A DNA stretch of 51,492 bases from Candidatus Saccharimonadota bacterium. Lineage in GTDB: Bacteria > Patescibacteriota > Saccharimonadia > Saccharimonadales > Saccharimonadaceae. Where the stretch lies: assembly GCA_010014665.1 (NCBI GenBank), contig RZYF01000001.1, positions 1 through 51,492 on the forward strand, given 5' to 3'. The translations under genes and the position numbers were made by a program. The notes beneath the pieces are model-generated. The model saw only the letters and a list, made by a program, of their open reading frames with translations, made no database searches and was not told the origin of the DNA. Shown in pieces: positions 1-9,142 of the stretch. Position 1 is the first letter of the stretch; the number at the start of each line of letters is the position of its first letter.

Positions 1-18
1 TATGTTAGTTTCATTTTT

Positions 19-276
19 TCACCTTTTAACCTTTTTACCTTCAAAGCATTTGAAGTAATCACCATCGCTTTTGATTGTGAACACTCTTATCCTACCATCA
101 CTTCCCACAATGCGTTTTTCATTGTCAGTTATATATTCTATTTCCGTTCCTGTATCTATGCCGTTTTTTAATCCATGCTTTTCTGCTATGGATTTTTTGA
201 AAGCATCTTCACGAATTTTGAAAGCTTGGTTTATTCTTTCGCTTTTTGCCGTTGGCAAGATTGTTCCTAATTTCAT
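19..276 (-). CDS. hypothetical protein (85 aa; ORF 19..420 trimmed to an internal ATG)
   Basis: ATG at 276 has a GAAAGG SD-like motif upstream and overlaps the stop of ORF 273..482 (ATGA). No motif recognised. Confidence 0.45.
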   Translation of the reverse strand: MKLGTILPTAKSERINQAFKIREDAFKKSIAEKHGLKNGIDTGTEIEYITDNEKRIVGSDGRIRVFTIKSDGDYFKCFEGKKVKR

Positions 277-482
277 TTGTTTGCCTTTCTGTCTATAACT
301 GCTAAGTACGTAAAAAAGTCTGCATATCCCAACATTCCAGACGGACAACGCTTTGTATACATTGGATCGTCTATGCTTTCCAATGCGCTCGCAAGCGTTT
401 TGTGTTGCGTTGTACTGCATAGGTACTGGAATTCTCTAGTGTTTGAACTTTCCGGATACCTATATATATCTATCTTTTTCAT
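273..482 (-). CDS. hypothetical protein (69 aa)
   Basis: ORF in the minus-strand gene chain, translationally coupled to the next gene. Confidence 0.45.
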   Translation of the reverse strand: MKKIDIYRYPESSNTREFQYLCSTTQHKTLASALESIDDPMYTKRCPSGMLGYADFFTYLAVIDRKANK

Positions 483-549
483 TTTATTGCCTTTCTTTTG
501 TTTGATAACTCATTGCAAGGCACAACACGTATGCCTTGTGGATGAATGA

Positions 550-858
550 TCAAACGCGTTTCAATCTATAACCGATTTTCCACAACTCTTTGCGCCATGC
601 TTCGTCAAGACTACATTCGTTAAGTCTAATTGCGTCTGGTAAACTGCTAGACCTCGCACTATTCGTGCATTGTGAAAACGTGCTAAACGTTGCATAGTTA
701 AAAGCATCGTGCAAAATGCTTTCAACATTGCCCAAACAACAAGCTTTAACAGTGAATGATTTTGCTGTCTTTGGGTTTATTATCTTGCATGTGTGATAAA
801 CATTGCCATAAAGATCAGCTTTTGTGTGCGTATGGTGTATTATAGCTTTGATTTTCAT
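550..858 (-). CDS. hypothetical protein (102 aa)
   Basis: ORF co-oriented with its neighbours. No motif recognised. Confidence 0.5.
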   Translation of the reverse strand: MKIKAIIHHTHTKADLYGNVYHTCKIINPKTAKSFTVKACCLGNVESILHDAFNYATFSTFSQCTNSARSSSLPDAIRLNECSLDEAWRKELWKIGYRLKRV

Positions 859-868
859 TTGATCACCT

Positions 869-1375
869 TTAGTTGTTTAAGTCTGTCAGAATGTATTCCC
901 CATTATCGATTTTTGCTTGTGTTTCTTTTTTCGTCTCATTCAGAAACAGATTGCGATATTTTCCGGTAGTTCTGGAGTAATCCCAATATTTATAATCAAG
1001 AAACACTTTTCCGTTTTCACGCTTGGCAATAACAGAATTATAACTCTGAAAGTATTCAGCTTTCCCGTGTTTAATAATGAATTGATTGGGTATAGCGTTC
1101 CCGTTTGTGTTTACCATGTTTTGTGCTTTCATTTTGAACCCTTTATCTTGTTTTCTTTTACGTTCAGCAAAGAACTCTTTTTTACTTCTGTTTGGAATAT
1201 CCATTGCAACAACATAACCGCCAACAAATTCAGCTATATTTTCAGCAATGCTTTTTTTTGTGTAAAATTCAACACGCCCTATCATAGGCATTTTTTCAGT
1301 GAATCTTTCTTCACCTTCTTTTTCTGGGTCTGAAAGGAAGTTCCCTGTTTTGTTGCTTTTTATGAAGTATTTCAT
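869..1375 (-). CDS. hypothetical protein (168 aa)
   Basis: ORF with an AAAGGTGA SD-like motif upstream of the ATG. No motif recognised. Confidence 0.6.
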   Translation of the reverse strand: MKYFIKSNKTGNFLSDPEKEGEERFTEKMPMIGRVEFYTKKSIAENIAEFVGGYVVAMDIPNRSKKEFFAERKRKQDKGFKMKAQNMVNTNGNAIPNQFIIKHGKAEYFQSYNSVIAKRENGKVFLDYKYWDYSRTTGKYRNLFLNETKKETQAKIDNGEYILTDLNN

Positions 1376-1467
1376 TTTATCACCTTTTTCCTCTTTTGTT
1401 TGGGTTTCTGTTTGCGTCTTGCAATGGTGTTAATATCTCACAAAGAGCATTTTTTTGCAAGCGTTGT

Positions 1468-1500
1468 AGTATTAAATTGAATAAAACAGTATTAAATTGA
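1468..1500. repeat. two exact copies of agtattaaattga (1468-1480 and 1488-1500), 20 bp start to start
   Basis: Read directly. Lies between the terminator at 1503-1536 and the start of gene 869..1375. Possible operator or regulator-binding sites. Confidence 0.6.
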
Positions 1501-1502
1501 TT

Positions 1503-1536
1503 TAAATAAAAAAGAGCGGTCAATAAAAACCGCTCT
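1503..1536 (-). terminator. rho-independent terminator after gene 1563..2036
   Basis: 8-bp stem AGAGCGGT/ACCGCTCT with an 8-nt loop. On the minus strand it is followed by a T-run (plus-strand taaataaaaa). Confidence 0.65.
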
Positions 1537-1562
1537 AAAGTAAACAGTTTACTTTTACCCTA

Positions 1563-2036
1563 TCATTTCCATTTTTGGCTGTTTTCGGCTAGTATTTTGC
1601 TCAATTCTACATAAATATCGCTAGCAACGTGATTAGATAACAGTTCGCTAATTTGCAAAGCTATATTATACGGCTTTGATTTTTCTATGTACTCTATTGT
1701 CAATTTTACATATCCGGTTTTTTTGTCTTTTTTTGCTTCACTGCCAAAAATTTCCTTTTTTATACGTGAAGCTATCGTTTTAAAGCTTGCCGCCATTTTT
1801 TCCCATATTTCGACGCCCTTTGTATCTCCGTATTCGTCTTTTAAGGCCGATACAAGCGCCTCACGTGTTTCAGCAATAAGCTCTTTAACTTCGTTTGCTT
1901 CTCCCGCACGGGCTATGTTTTCACGTAGTAAAACGGTCAATCCATCGGTTACACGTGAAAAACTTTCCGCTTCAGCAACAACTAAGCGTATTAGCCTTTT
2001 CCCTTTTTCTTTGTCGTATGTTTTTGAAAGTTCCAT
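1563..2036 (-). CDS. hypothetical alpha-helical protein (157 aa)
   Basis: ORF with AGAGGGTGA upstream of the ATG and a terminator downstream. Confidence 0.6.
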   Translation of the reverse strand: MELSKTYDKEKGKRLIRLVVAEAESFSRVTDGLTVLLRENIARAGEANEVKELIAETREALVSALKDEYGDTKGVEIWEKMAASFKTIASRIKKEIFGSEAKKDKKTGYVKLTIEYIEKSKPYNIALQISELLSNHVASDIYVELSKILAENSQKWK

Positions 2037-3109
2037 TATTCACCCTCTTTTCTGTTTGTTGTTATCGTTCAACATGCAATCTTGAGGCGTTGCGTTGCCC
2101 GCGGAAACTTCCCCGCTGATGATTAAAGTAGACCAAAAACAGCATGCATTGACAATAACAAAATTACAAATAACACAATTTAATTTAATGCATCCCAATT
2201 TACCACAATGGTGAGATAGGCATGCAGAATTAGCATTGCCTAACTTTCCCCAGTACCCACGCAACACCAATGTTTCCAGCACCATGCAGGCAATGACAAC
2301 CATCATCCATTGTCAACCTTAGCAACTTCCAGGGTTTACATTAGTCATTACCCTGTTCAACCAGCTTGATCATGTCACCAGTTGCCTTGCGTCTTGTTTG
2401 TTGCTACTACTTGTCACTGACTGCATTGCGCTTGCTATAGTGCAACACCAGTCTGCTATGCCAACCAAGCTGGAAAGAATAAGCATTCTTTTTTGCTGGA
2501 GAATCAAACGGCAACAGGAGAGACCGCGGTGGCCAAGCGCGACGGGCGGGGGGAGAAATGAATACTCGGCATACACATTTAGGTTTTCCCACTTTTGGCC
2601 ATGTTCTATATCGTGGGTAGTGATTCTCTAACTGAACGTGTAATTATGTTATTTTATATCAGGGCATAATAAGTCCCCCCTATGCAGGAGGGACAACTAT
2701 GAGGTAGTGGTGGAGTAGTAAAGGTGGGTATAGTTTGACGCCTTATTCATTATGGAGCAGGTCATTCTGTCTCTCCATCGGGCGTGTCCATATGACGGGG
2801 GTGTATGCGGTCTTAAGGTTAGCATACAAAGATATGTGTGTGACACATTCTTTCACGATCAGTGTTTTTTCAAGATGTCCTTAGGTGCTTTTTCTCGCTG
2901 TTGCCTCTTCTCTTTTTCAAGGCTCCGTCCCAAGGGCTACATCATCGACCAAGTAATGAAACTTGTTTGTTCGGCTATTAACCACCGAACGCCTGATAGA
3001 ACATCGTGTATGTGAAGTTCCCGATCAGATTATGGATTCCCTTAATCTGTGTGAGATATAGTATGATTGAGGTTAATTTGTCAATGGTAAAGTTAATGTG
3101 ATATACATT
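2037..3109 (-). other. ORF-free, GC-enriched region; candidate structured RNA or long leader (strand inferred from flanking genes)
   Basis: No credible ORF on either strand; the track ORFs here are short, Cys-rich nonsense. Hand G+C counts are 36/60 at 2521-2580 and 27/60 at 2281-2340, against 16/60 in the adjacent coding line 1681-1740. Several hairpins are present. Confidence 0.3.
3055..3084 (-). promoter_or_regulatory. sigma70-like promoter candidate pointing into the ORF-free region
   Basis: Minus strand reads TTGACA (3084..3079), then 15 nt, then TACTAT (3063..3058). An alternative -10 is TATATC with an 18-nt spacer. Confidence 0.3.
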
Positions 3110-3286
3110 TTATTCGTAATTCTTAATCCATTCCAAGTCTCGTCGTAGATTGTCAGCCACGACAGTCATTTGTCTTAGCAGTTGATTGTCTATTATAGAC
3201 GATGATAGCAGTGCTATGTGTCGTCGTTCAAGATCTTTGAACTTAGTTCTTAGCTGTTCAAGTTCATTCAACTCTCGCTTGTTCAT
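3110..3286 (-). CDS. small coiled-coil protein (58 aa; below the ORF-track cutoff)
   Basis: ATG at 3286 overlaps the TGA of ORF 3283..3750 (ATGA). My translation is MNKRELNELEQLRTKFKDLERRH...WIKNYE. Confidence 0.5.
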   Translation of the reverse strand: MNKRELNELEQLRTKFKDLERRHIALLSSSIIDNQLLRQMTVVADNLRRDLEWIKNYE

Positions 3287-3750
3287 AGTGGCAATATGTC
3301 CTCGTTGGAAATGTTAACCGTTGTAGCTTTTGCACGTTTGTCTGGGTGTTCTTGGTGCATATGTAGGTGGAATGTTTGAGTGGATGCAGGCTTCTTGGCT
3401 AAGAGCTTGGTGTGAATATCAGCAACCTTATTCAGAGCATTTACAAGCACATCTACGTCCTTTGCGGTTTCAACGTTGTCTGTCATATCTTCAAGTTTGG
3501 ATATGAGTTTCTTGAGTACGTCTGCTTGTGTTTTGATGATCTTGGATTCATCGGCGGCTATTTCACACCTTACCGCTTCCAGTTGAGCTTCGTTGTGCAT
3601 GATGATCATGCGTTCGCGCTCTTCCTTCCACTGATACGTGCTGACTAGATTCTGAATTGCCTCTTCGTCAACATTAGCTTTATCTGCTAGACATTTAACT
3701 GTAGCACCGTCCATGTACAGCTCTTTCAATTCTTTATTACTTATTAGCAT
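3283..3750 (-). CDS. HTH plus coiled-coil protein; the architecture resembles a small terminase subunit or a DNA-binding regulator
   Basis: N-terminus KELYMDGATVKCLADKANVDEEAIQNLVSTYQWKEER looks like a helix-turn-helix. The rest is helical. Divergent from the packaging operon. Confidence 0.55.
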   Translation of the reverse strand: MLISNKELKELYMDGATVKCLADKANVDEEAIQNLVSTYQWKEERERMIIMHNEAQLEAVRCEIAADESKIIKTQADVLKKLISKLEDMTDNVETAKDVDVLVNALNKVADIHTKLLAKKPASTQTFHLHMHQEHPDKRAKATTVNISNEDILPL

Positions 3751-3778
3751 GAAACACCTATTATTCTTTTATTATTTC

Positions 3779-3805
3779 TTGACAAACGTTTACAATGTAT
3801 AAATA
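3779..3805 (+). promoter_or_regulatory. sigma70-like promoter candidate for the late/packaging operon
   Basis: TTGACA at 3779-3784, with an A/T-rich -10-like TATAAATA at 3798-3805. The spacer is suboptimal (13-15 nt). Confidence 0.3.
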
Positions 3806-3847
3806 ACACTAGCTACAAGTCGTGTCAATAATAAACGAAAGGTCAAG

Positions 3848-4117
3848 ATGAGTCAGATCAAAGCAAAACATAAAGCACCAGAGAAACCTGTTGATGCTAG
3901 AGAACGAATTACAGAGTTGTGCGAGGAATTACATGAGTTAGTTCTAAGCAACTGTGGTAATCGTCCATTCACTGTGCATCTTGGATTTCAAATCTTACAG
4001 GTTCAGGGAACAGCTATGGCGCTAATTGGTCAATACGAAGCAATCAAAAAGTTCCATTCCGAACAGGAAGCGCAGAACGAGAAAGGCGAGACCGTAGCTG
4101 GTGGTGAATCCGAATAG
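3848..4117 (+). CDS. hypothetical protein directly upstream of terL (89 aa); possible packaging accessory or small terminase
   Basis: Position only. Confidence 0.55.
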   Translation: MSQIKAKHKAPEKPVDARERITELCEELHELVLSNCGNRPFTVHLGFQILQVQGTAMALIGQYEAIKKFHSEQEAQNEKGETVAGGESE

Positions 4118-5857
4118 ATGAAAGCATATGGTATTAACTGGCCTGATTCATTGTCCGAATTGGATATTGAGAAGTATTGTTATCGTCATCAAGACAAGAT
4201 AAAGGCAAATGGTGGCATTGTTAAAGGCCAGTATTACCATGCTGAAAAAGGGATGAAGATGATGTGGCCTCCAGACTTGCTTGATTGGCATTACTGGTGC
4301 TATGAGATGTTGGACTTGTGGGTTAAAAATAGGTTCATGATCGTGTGGGGCGCGGCGGCTACTGGTAAATCCAACTTCTTCGGAGCGTTGTGTAGTTGGC
4401 ACTATATGTGTGCGCCAAACAAAACTGGTATCTTTCTCACATCAACATCACTGGAATCATTACAAAACCGTATTTGGGAGTCTGTCGAGCGTTACATGAA
4501 CTATGCCATTAACAAGCATAAGGCTCCATTCGCAATGACACATCGACCATTGTTGGTAATGAACAAAGCAGATTTCAGAGGGGATGAAATTGATTACAAG
4601 AATACTAAAACTACTATTCATGGAATGGGTGTTTGTGGTGGCAATAGTAAACTTATTGGTGGTCATCTACCTTATATTGTCGTAGTGATGGATGAAATGC
4701 AGGAAACACCGCCAAGCGTGCTCTCCGATGCTCATAACTTATCCAAGGGTTGCCAAGAGTTCAAATTCTGCGGAATAGGGAATCCGCCAAACTGGTCAAA
4801 CATTCTAGTCACCAATGGCCTACCAGAGAGCGGGAAAGAAGTTCTAACACCCGATACTCATCGATGGAGAAATAAAAAAGGTGAAACAATCCATTTGAAT
4901 GGAATGAAATCACCAGCAATCATCGAGGACAATGGTGCCAAACGTTATCATTACCTTATCAAGCAGTCAGAAATAGAAAACGATTATCCTACAGCAGAAG
5001 ATAGACGCACGCTGGAATACTATCAGTATGTTCTTGGATGGCCTGCTCCGAGTGATATATCAAATACCATCTTGGATATGCCAACGATAATGATGCATAA
5101 TGCCAACCATCCAGCAGAATTTGAAGGACAAGTAGTTAAAGTGGCAGGACTCGACCCAGCATTCACATCTGGCGGTGATGCTTGCGCTTTATCAATTTGT
5201 TCCATTGGCAAACTTGCTAGTGGCAATGTGGCAATAGCTTTGGACGAAATGATTCGTGTTCCAATCGTGCTGGATAGTGATGATCCTGTTATATACCACA
5301 TCGTCAAGAAGGTTAAACTAGCATTAGATGCACATGGTGTTGAACTGGAAGATCTTGCAATAGATGATAGTGGCACTCAAAGTGTTGCCGATGTATTTGA
5401 TCGTGAGTATGGAGTAAAAACTCATCGTGTGAATTTTGGTGGTGCGGCAACAAATCGTTTGATAAGTGCTGATAAATCTGTAAAAGCTTCCGATCGTTAT
5501 AACAGCAAGGTGACAGAGTTGTGGTATGTCGTGCGTGATCTTGTTAAAAGCGGAAACGTGCGTGGATTACGCGGAGCATGTTGCGAACAATTCTGTATTC
5601 GAGAAGTAAAGAATACAGGACGAAAGAAACAGGTCGAATCTAAAGGTGATATGAAGTCCAGAACCAGCGGCAAATCTCCTGATGAAGCTGACAGTTTCGT
5701 ATGTGCTGTAGATTTGGCTAGAAGTAGGTATGGACTGATGCCATTTGGTAGTTCTGTAAACATTTTGAAGAATCTGTTTGACAATAAATCGTTTTCGCCT
5801 GTAAAACAATTATACAACTTGGCTAATAAGTATACAAGCGGAAGGATTATGCGGTGA
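4118..5857 (+). CDS. terL: terminase large subunit
   Basis: Walker A VWGAAATGKSN, Walker B-like YIVVVMDEMQE, and a C-terminal nuclease-like AGLDPAFTSGGDACAL. 579 aa, followed by a portal-sized gene. Confidence 0.9.
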   Translation: MKAYGINWPDSLSELDIEKYCYRHQDKIKANGGIVKGQYYHAEKGMKMMWPPDLLDWHYWCYEMLDLWVKNRFMIVWGAAATGKSNFFGALCSWHYMCAPNKTGIFLTSTSLESLQNRIWESVERYMNYAINKHKAPFAMTHRPLLVMNKADFRGDEIDYKNTKTTIHGMGVCGGNSKLIGGHLPYIVVVMDEMQETPPSVLSDAHNLSKGCQEFKFCGIGNPPNWSNILVTNGLPESGKEVLTPDTHRWRNKKGETIHLNGMKSPAIIEDNGAKRYHYLIKQSEIENDYPTAEDRRTLEYYQYVLGWPAPSDISNTILDMPTIMMHNANHPAEFEGQVVKVAGLDPAFTSGGDACALSICSIGKLASGNVAIALDEMIRVPIVLDSDDPVIYHIVKKVKLALDAHGVELEDLAIDDSGTQSVADVFDREYGVKTHRVNFGGAATNRLISADKSVKASDRYNSKVTELWYVVRDLVKSGNVRGLRGACCEQFCIREVKNTGRKKQVESKGDMKSRTSGKSPDEADSFVCAVDLARSRYGLMPFGSSVNILKNLFDNKSFSPVKQLYNLANKYTSGRIMR

Positions 5858-6450
5858 CAGATTTATTCGATACTGATATAAAGCCAAACAGTGGCTGGCA
5901 ATATAAGATTCCAGAAAACAATATGCATTTGCGTAAAGGAACGTATAAATCGCTTGTTCAGGCTGTAAAGAATCAGTATAGACTTTCTGGATTACAACTT
6001 CCGTCGGACATTGAGTACAAGATTCAGAAGTATATTTGCAGTATCAGTTCCGTCAAATGTAATGAAGACATCAAAAAAGCTGTTCCTTCATTAAAGGCTG
6101 TAGTTGCTGGAACATCTGCTATTATAGATATGTTGCGTAAAGGATTGGTAGAACAAAGTGTTGCAGATGGTCGTGCTGATATATGTGCATCGTGTTCAAA
6201 GAATGTACCGGTATACGCATGTATATGGTGCAGTGCCGTGATGTCGTCGTTTAAACATCTATTCGGAAACAAGAAGTCGAAAGCTGACATAGCACTCAAA
6301 GCATGTGGCGTATGCAGGTGTTTCAACGCGGCTCAAGTATGGGCAAAAACCGATGCACTAAAACTTTCAAGTGAAATTCAAAACATAACCGCAGATAAGT
6401 ATCCAGAACATTGCTGGAAGCGCAAAGAATTGGAGAAAACAGATGTTTAA
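5854..6450 (+). CDS. Cys-rich (zinc-binding-like) protein between terL and portal (198 aa)
   Basis: GTG start overlapping the terL stop (GTGA), with a GGAAGGA SD. Cysteine clusters CASCSKN..ACIWCS..ACGVCRC. Confidence 0.6.
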   Translation: MTDLFDTDIKPNSGWQYKIPENNMHLRKGTYKSLVQAVKNQYRLSGLQLPSDIEYKIQKYICSISSVKCNEDIKKAVPSLKAVVAGTSAIIDMLRKGLVEQSVADGRADICASCSKNVPVYACIWCSAVMSSFKHLFGNKKSKADIALKACGVCRCFNAAQVWAKTDALKLSSEIQNITADKYPEHCWKRKELEKTDV

Positions 6451-8800
6451 AAATGAGCAAGAGAATTTACAAACGGTAACAGATGAAGGAAAACCTGTTC
6501 CAGACCGTATTGCTACAGCAGATGTAGCCCATTCGATATATAAACGAATGCTGGATGACAACTTCGCATTGGCATATCAACGATTACAAGTACAACGACA
6601 GATCGATGGCAATCCTGCAATCAATCAAGACGAATTGGAACGACTAGGATTAGGGTGGGAATCCAATATCAATTCACGTTCATCCGAGAAGACCATAGAT
6701 ACTACTGTTAACAGTCTATGGGACATGTTCACATCTACAGATACGCTAACAGAGACTACTGTTAACGACATCATGGAGAAGCTTTCTGATGCTGAGAACG
6801 TAGACTATGGTCATATTATAGACAAAAACTTCGACAGGATGATGCGCGATTGGTGTGGATTCAATTACCTGCTTAAATACCGGCTATATCAGATGGTTGC
6901 TCATGGTAATGGGCCAGTAATCTGGAATGACAAGTTGAGTTGGAAAAGTGAAGCATTGGACATAAACAATGTTCTGCTTCCATTCGATAGCAAGAGTTCA
7001 ATTGATGGTTTCGAGATTATCTGCGTTATCCAAGACATTGATCCAGCTTCGTTCTTTAAGATGATTAATAGCGGAAATGATGGATGGAACAAAGCTGAGT
7101 GCAGAAAGTATTTACTAGAGTGTTACAAAGGTGGTCTTGGTGGACGATCTACTGACAAGAAATATTCAGAACAGGAATGCATCGATCTCGAACATCGTAT
7201 TCGTAATCACGACATTTCATTGGATTCAGATTTCCAGTCCATTCGTGTAGTAAATGTTATGTATAAAGAGGTTGATACGTGCAAGATTTCGCACTGTATT
7301 ATTCGTCCAGACAATTATGAAAAGGATACAGAGTTCCTTTATAAGCGCAAGAATAAGTACGAAAAGATGCAACATGCAATCAATTTCATGCTGTTCGATA
7401 TTGGTGACGGTTATATTAATGGCATTAAAAGCCTTGGACTTCGCATATTCAGCATCAATGACATCAATGACCGTCTGATGAACGAAACAATCACAGGTGC
7501 ATACATCAGTTCCGGATTGCTGATCAAGATGATGGACAATAGTTCGCAAAATGTACTGTCCGAAATATATCATGGTGGTGGTGTAACAACTGTTCCTGCT
7601 AATGTTGAGATTGCACAGCAGACATTTGCTCCACCGTTACAGAATCTTGTGCAAGTTATGCAGATGTTGAATAACAAACTTAATCAGAACGTTGGAATCT
7701 ATGAATCTTCACCATCATTAAATGCTACAGGTTCAGCACGTACAGCAACAGAGGTAGATGCACAGTTGCAGAATGAAGCACGATTTGAAGCAAATCAATC
7801 AGCGTGGTACTATGTTCAACATGAAGAGTGGTTGCGAGAAACTATGCGTAGAGCATTATCTAAAACGTGTATTGATGAAGACGCAAAGTTATTCAGAAAG
7901 CGTTGTATAGAGGATGGCGTACCAGAAGAGCTTTTAGACTATGACAAGCTAATTGTACGCGCTAAACGCTCTATAGGCTTTGGAAGTCCATATATGCGTC
8001 AGAGGATAGCTACAACTATGCTACAATCGATTCCTTTGTTGGAGCTTGATCAAGCTGGCAAGAATCGTGTTCAGCGTGAGTTTATATCTGCACAGTTAGG
8101 ATGGAAGGATACAGATGAGATCAAGCCTAGTATGAACAGAAATCTTATTCCAAATACAGAGATGCACATTGCTGTTGGTGAAACGAATGACATGCTCAAT
8201 GGTCAGGATGCAGTTGTAAGTCCTAATGACGATCAGAAGTTGCACTTGGAAACACATCTGCGCATTGCGTTGCAGAAGATTGAAGCGTTCCGCTCATCTG
8301 GACAACAAGACCCTTCAAGCATTGCTATGGGATTACAGAAGATTATCGAACATGGTGCTATGCACAACAACTACTTCAAACAGAATCCGCAGAATAAAGC
8401 AGAAGCACAGCGTTATACTGACTCGTTGATAAAGTTGACCGAAGTATACAAGCAGTTTGCACAGGTTGCACAGCAGTTGGCACAGCAACGTCAGAAGATG
8501 ATTGAAGAACAGCAGAAGCAACAGCAGGAACAACAGGACATTAACTACAAGTTCGAATTGGATAAGTTCAAGATCATGACTGAAGCGCGTGAAATGGCCA
8601 ATGTTAAGCTTGAAGAAGCAAAGATGTTGAATGAGTCTCGCGAGACAAAGACGCAGACAAGTGCCAATGCTACTAATGCTAAGACGCAACAGTCAATGGC
8701 ATTGCAACGGTTAACTACAGAGAATGCTGAAATGCGCGAGAATATCAAGTTGTCGAATGAACTGGCAAGAATGAATGCAAAAACAAGAAAGGAAAATTAA
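6443..8800 (+). CDS. portal protein candidate (785 aa) with a Q-rich coiled-coil C-terminus
   Basis: Size and position after terL. Long helical Q/E/K-rich tail. No motif-level confirmation. Confidence 0.6.
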   Translation: MFKNEQENLQTVTDEGKPVPDRIATADVAHSIYKRMLDDNFALAYQRLQVQRQIDGNPAINQDELERLGLGWESNINSRSSEKTIDTTVNSLWDMFTSTDTLTETTVNDIMEKLSDAENVDYGHIIDKNFDRMMRDWCGFNYLLKYRLYQMVAHGNGPVIWNDKLSWKSEALDINNVLLPFDSKSSIDGFEIICVIQDIDPASFFKMINSGNDGWNKAECRKYLLECYKGGLGGRSTDKKYSEQECIDLEHRIRNHDISLDSDFQSIRVVNVMYKEVDTCKISHCIIRPDNYEKDTEFLYKRKNKYEKMQHAINFMLFDIGDGYINGIKSLGLRIFSINDINDRLMNETITGAYISSGLLIKMMDNSSQNVLSEIYHGGGVTTVPANVEIAQQTFAPPLQNLVQVMQMLNNKLNQNVGIYESSPSLNATGSARTATEVDAQLQNEARFEANQSAWYYVQHEEWLRETMRRALSKTCIDEDAKLFRKRCIEDGVPEELLDYDKLIVRAKRSIGFGSPYMRQRIATTMLQSIPLLELDQAGKNRVQREFISAQLGWKDTDEIKPSMNRNLIPNTEMHIAVGETNDMLNGQDAVVSPNDDQKLHLETHLRIALQKIEAFRSSGQQDPSSIAMGLQKIIEHGAMHNNYFKQNPQNKAEAQRYTDSLIKLTEVYKQFAQVAQQLAQQRQKMIEEQQKQQQEQQDINYKFELDKFKIMTEAREMANVKLEEAKMLNESRETKTQTSANATNAKTQQSMALQRLTTENAEMRENIKLSNELARMNAKTRKEN

Positions 8801-9138
8801 TGATAGGATTAGAAAGATTAGCAAAGAGATGTCCATCCAAATTGAAAGCATGGGCATTGAGCAAAATGACCGAGGATGTACTTATTGCATTACGCGAAGA
8901 GATTCGTCCTAACATCATTCAGCAATCGGATCATATGGGCGATTCAGCACTCTTTGCTCATGGTATTATGGTTGGTATGACATATATATGCGACAGAATT
9001 GCAATGCTTGAAAACATTGATGGTACTAAACCACAAGACCGTACTCTTGTTGATGATAAAGATATTCGTGAAGCAATGAACAAGTATGGATACGATAAGG
9101 ATATGATCGAGAAAAAACTAAAGAAAGGCAAAGGTTAA
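8800..9138 (+). CDS. hypothetical head-module protein (112 aa)
   Basis: ATG overlaps the portal stop (TAATG). Confidence 0.55.
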   Translation: MIGLERLAKRCPSKLKAWALSKMTEDVLIALREEIRPNIIQQSDHMGDSALFAHGIMVGMTYICDRIAMLENIDGTKPQDRTLVDDKDIREAMNKYGYDKDMIEKKLKKGKG

Positions 9139-9142
9139 TAAC

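Noticed and set aside
2116-2122. CTGATGA next to GAAAC, hinting at a hammerhead ribozyme core
   Set aside because: The order and spacing of the elements leave no room for stems I-III, and the GAAAC is part of a simple GCGG/CCGC hairpin loop.
4115-4120. ORF 3848..4117 and terL are in the same frame, separated only by TAG-ATG, which suggests a readthrough fusion
   Set aside because: terL has its own ATG directly after the stop, and the same frame is expected by chance one time in three. There is no conservation argument across the stop, unlike the clamp case.
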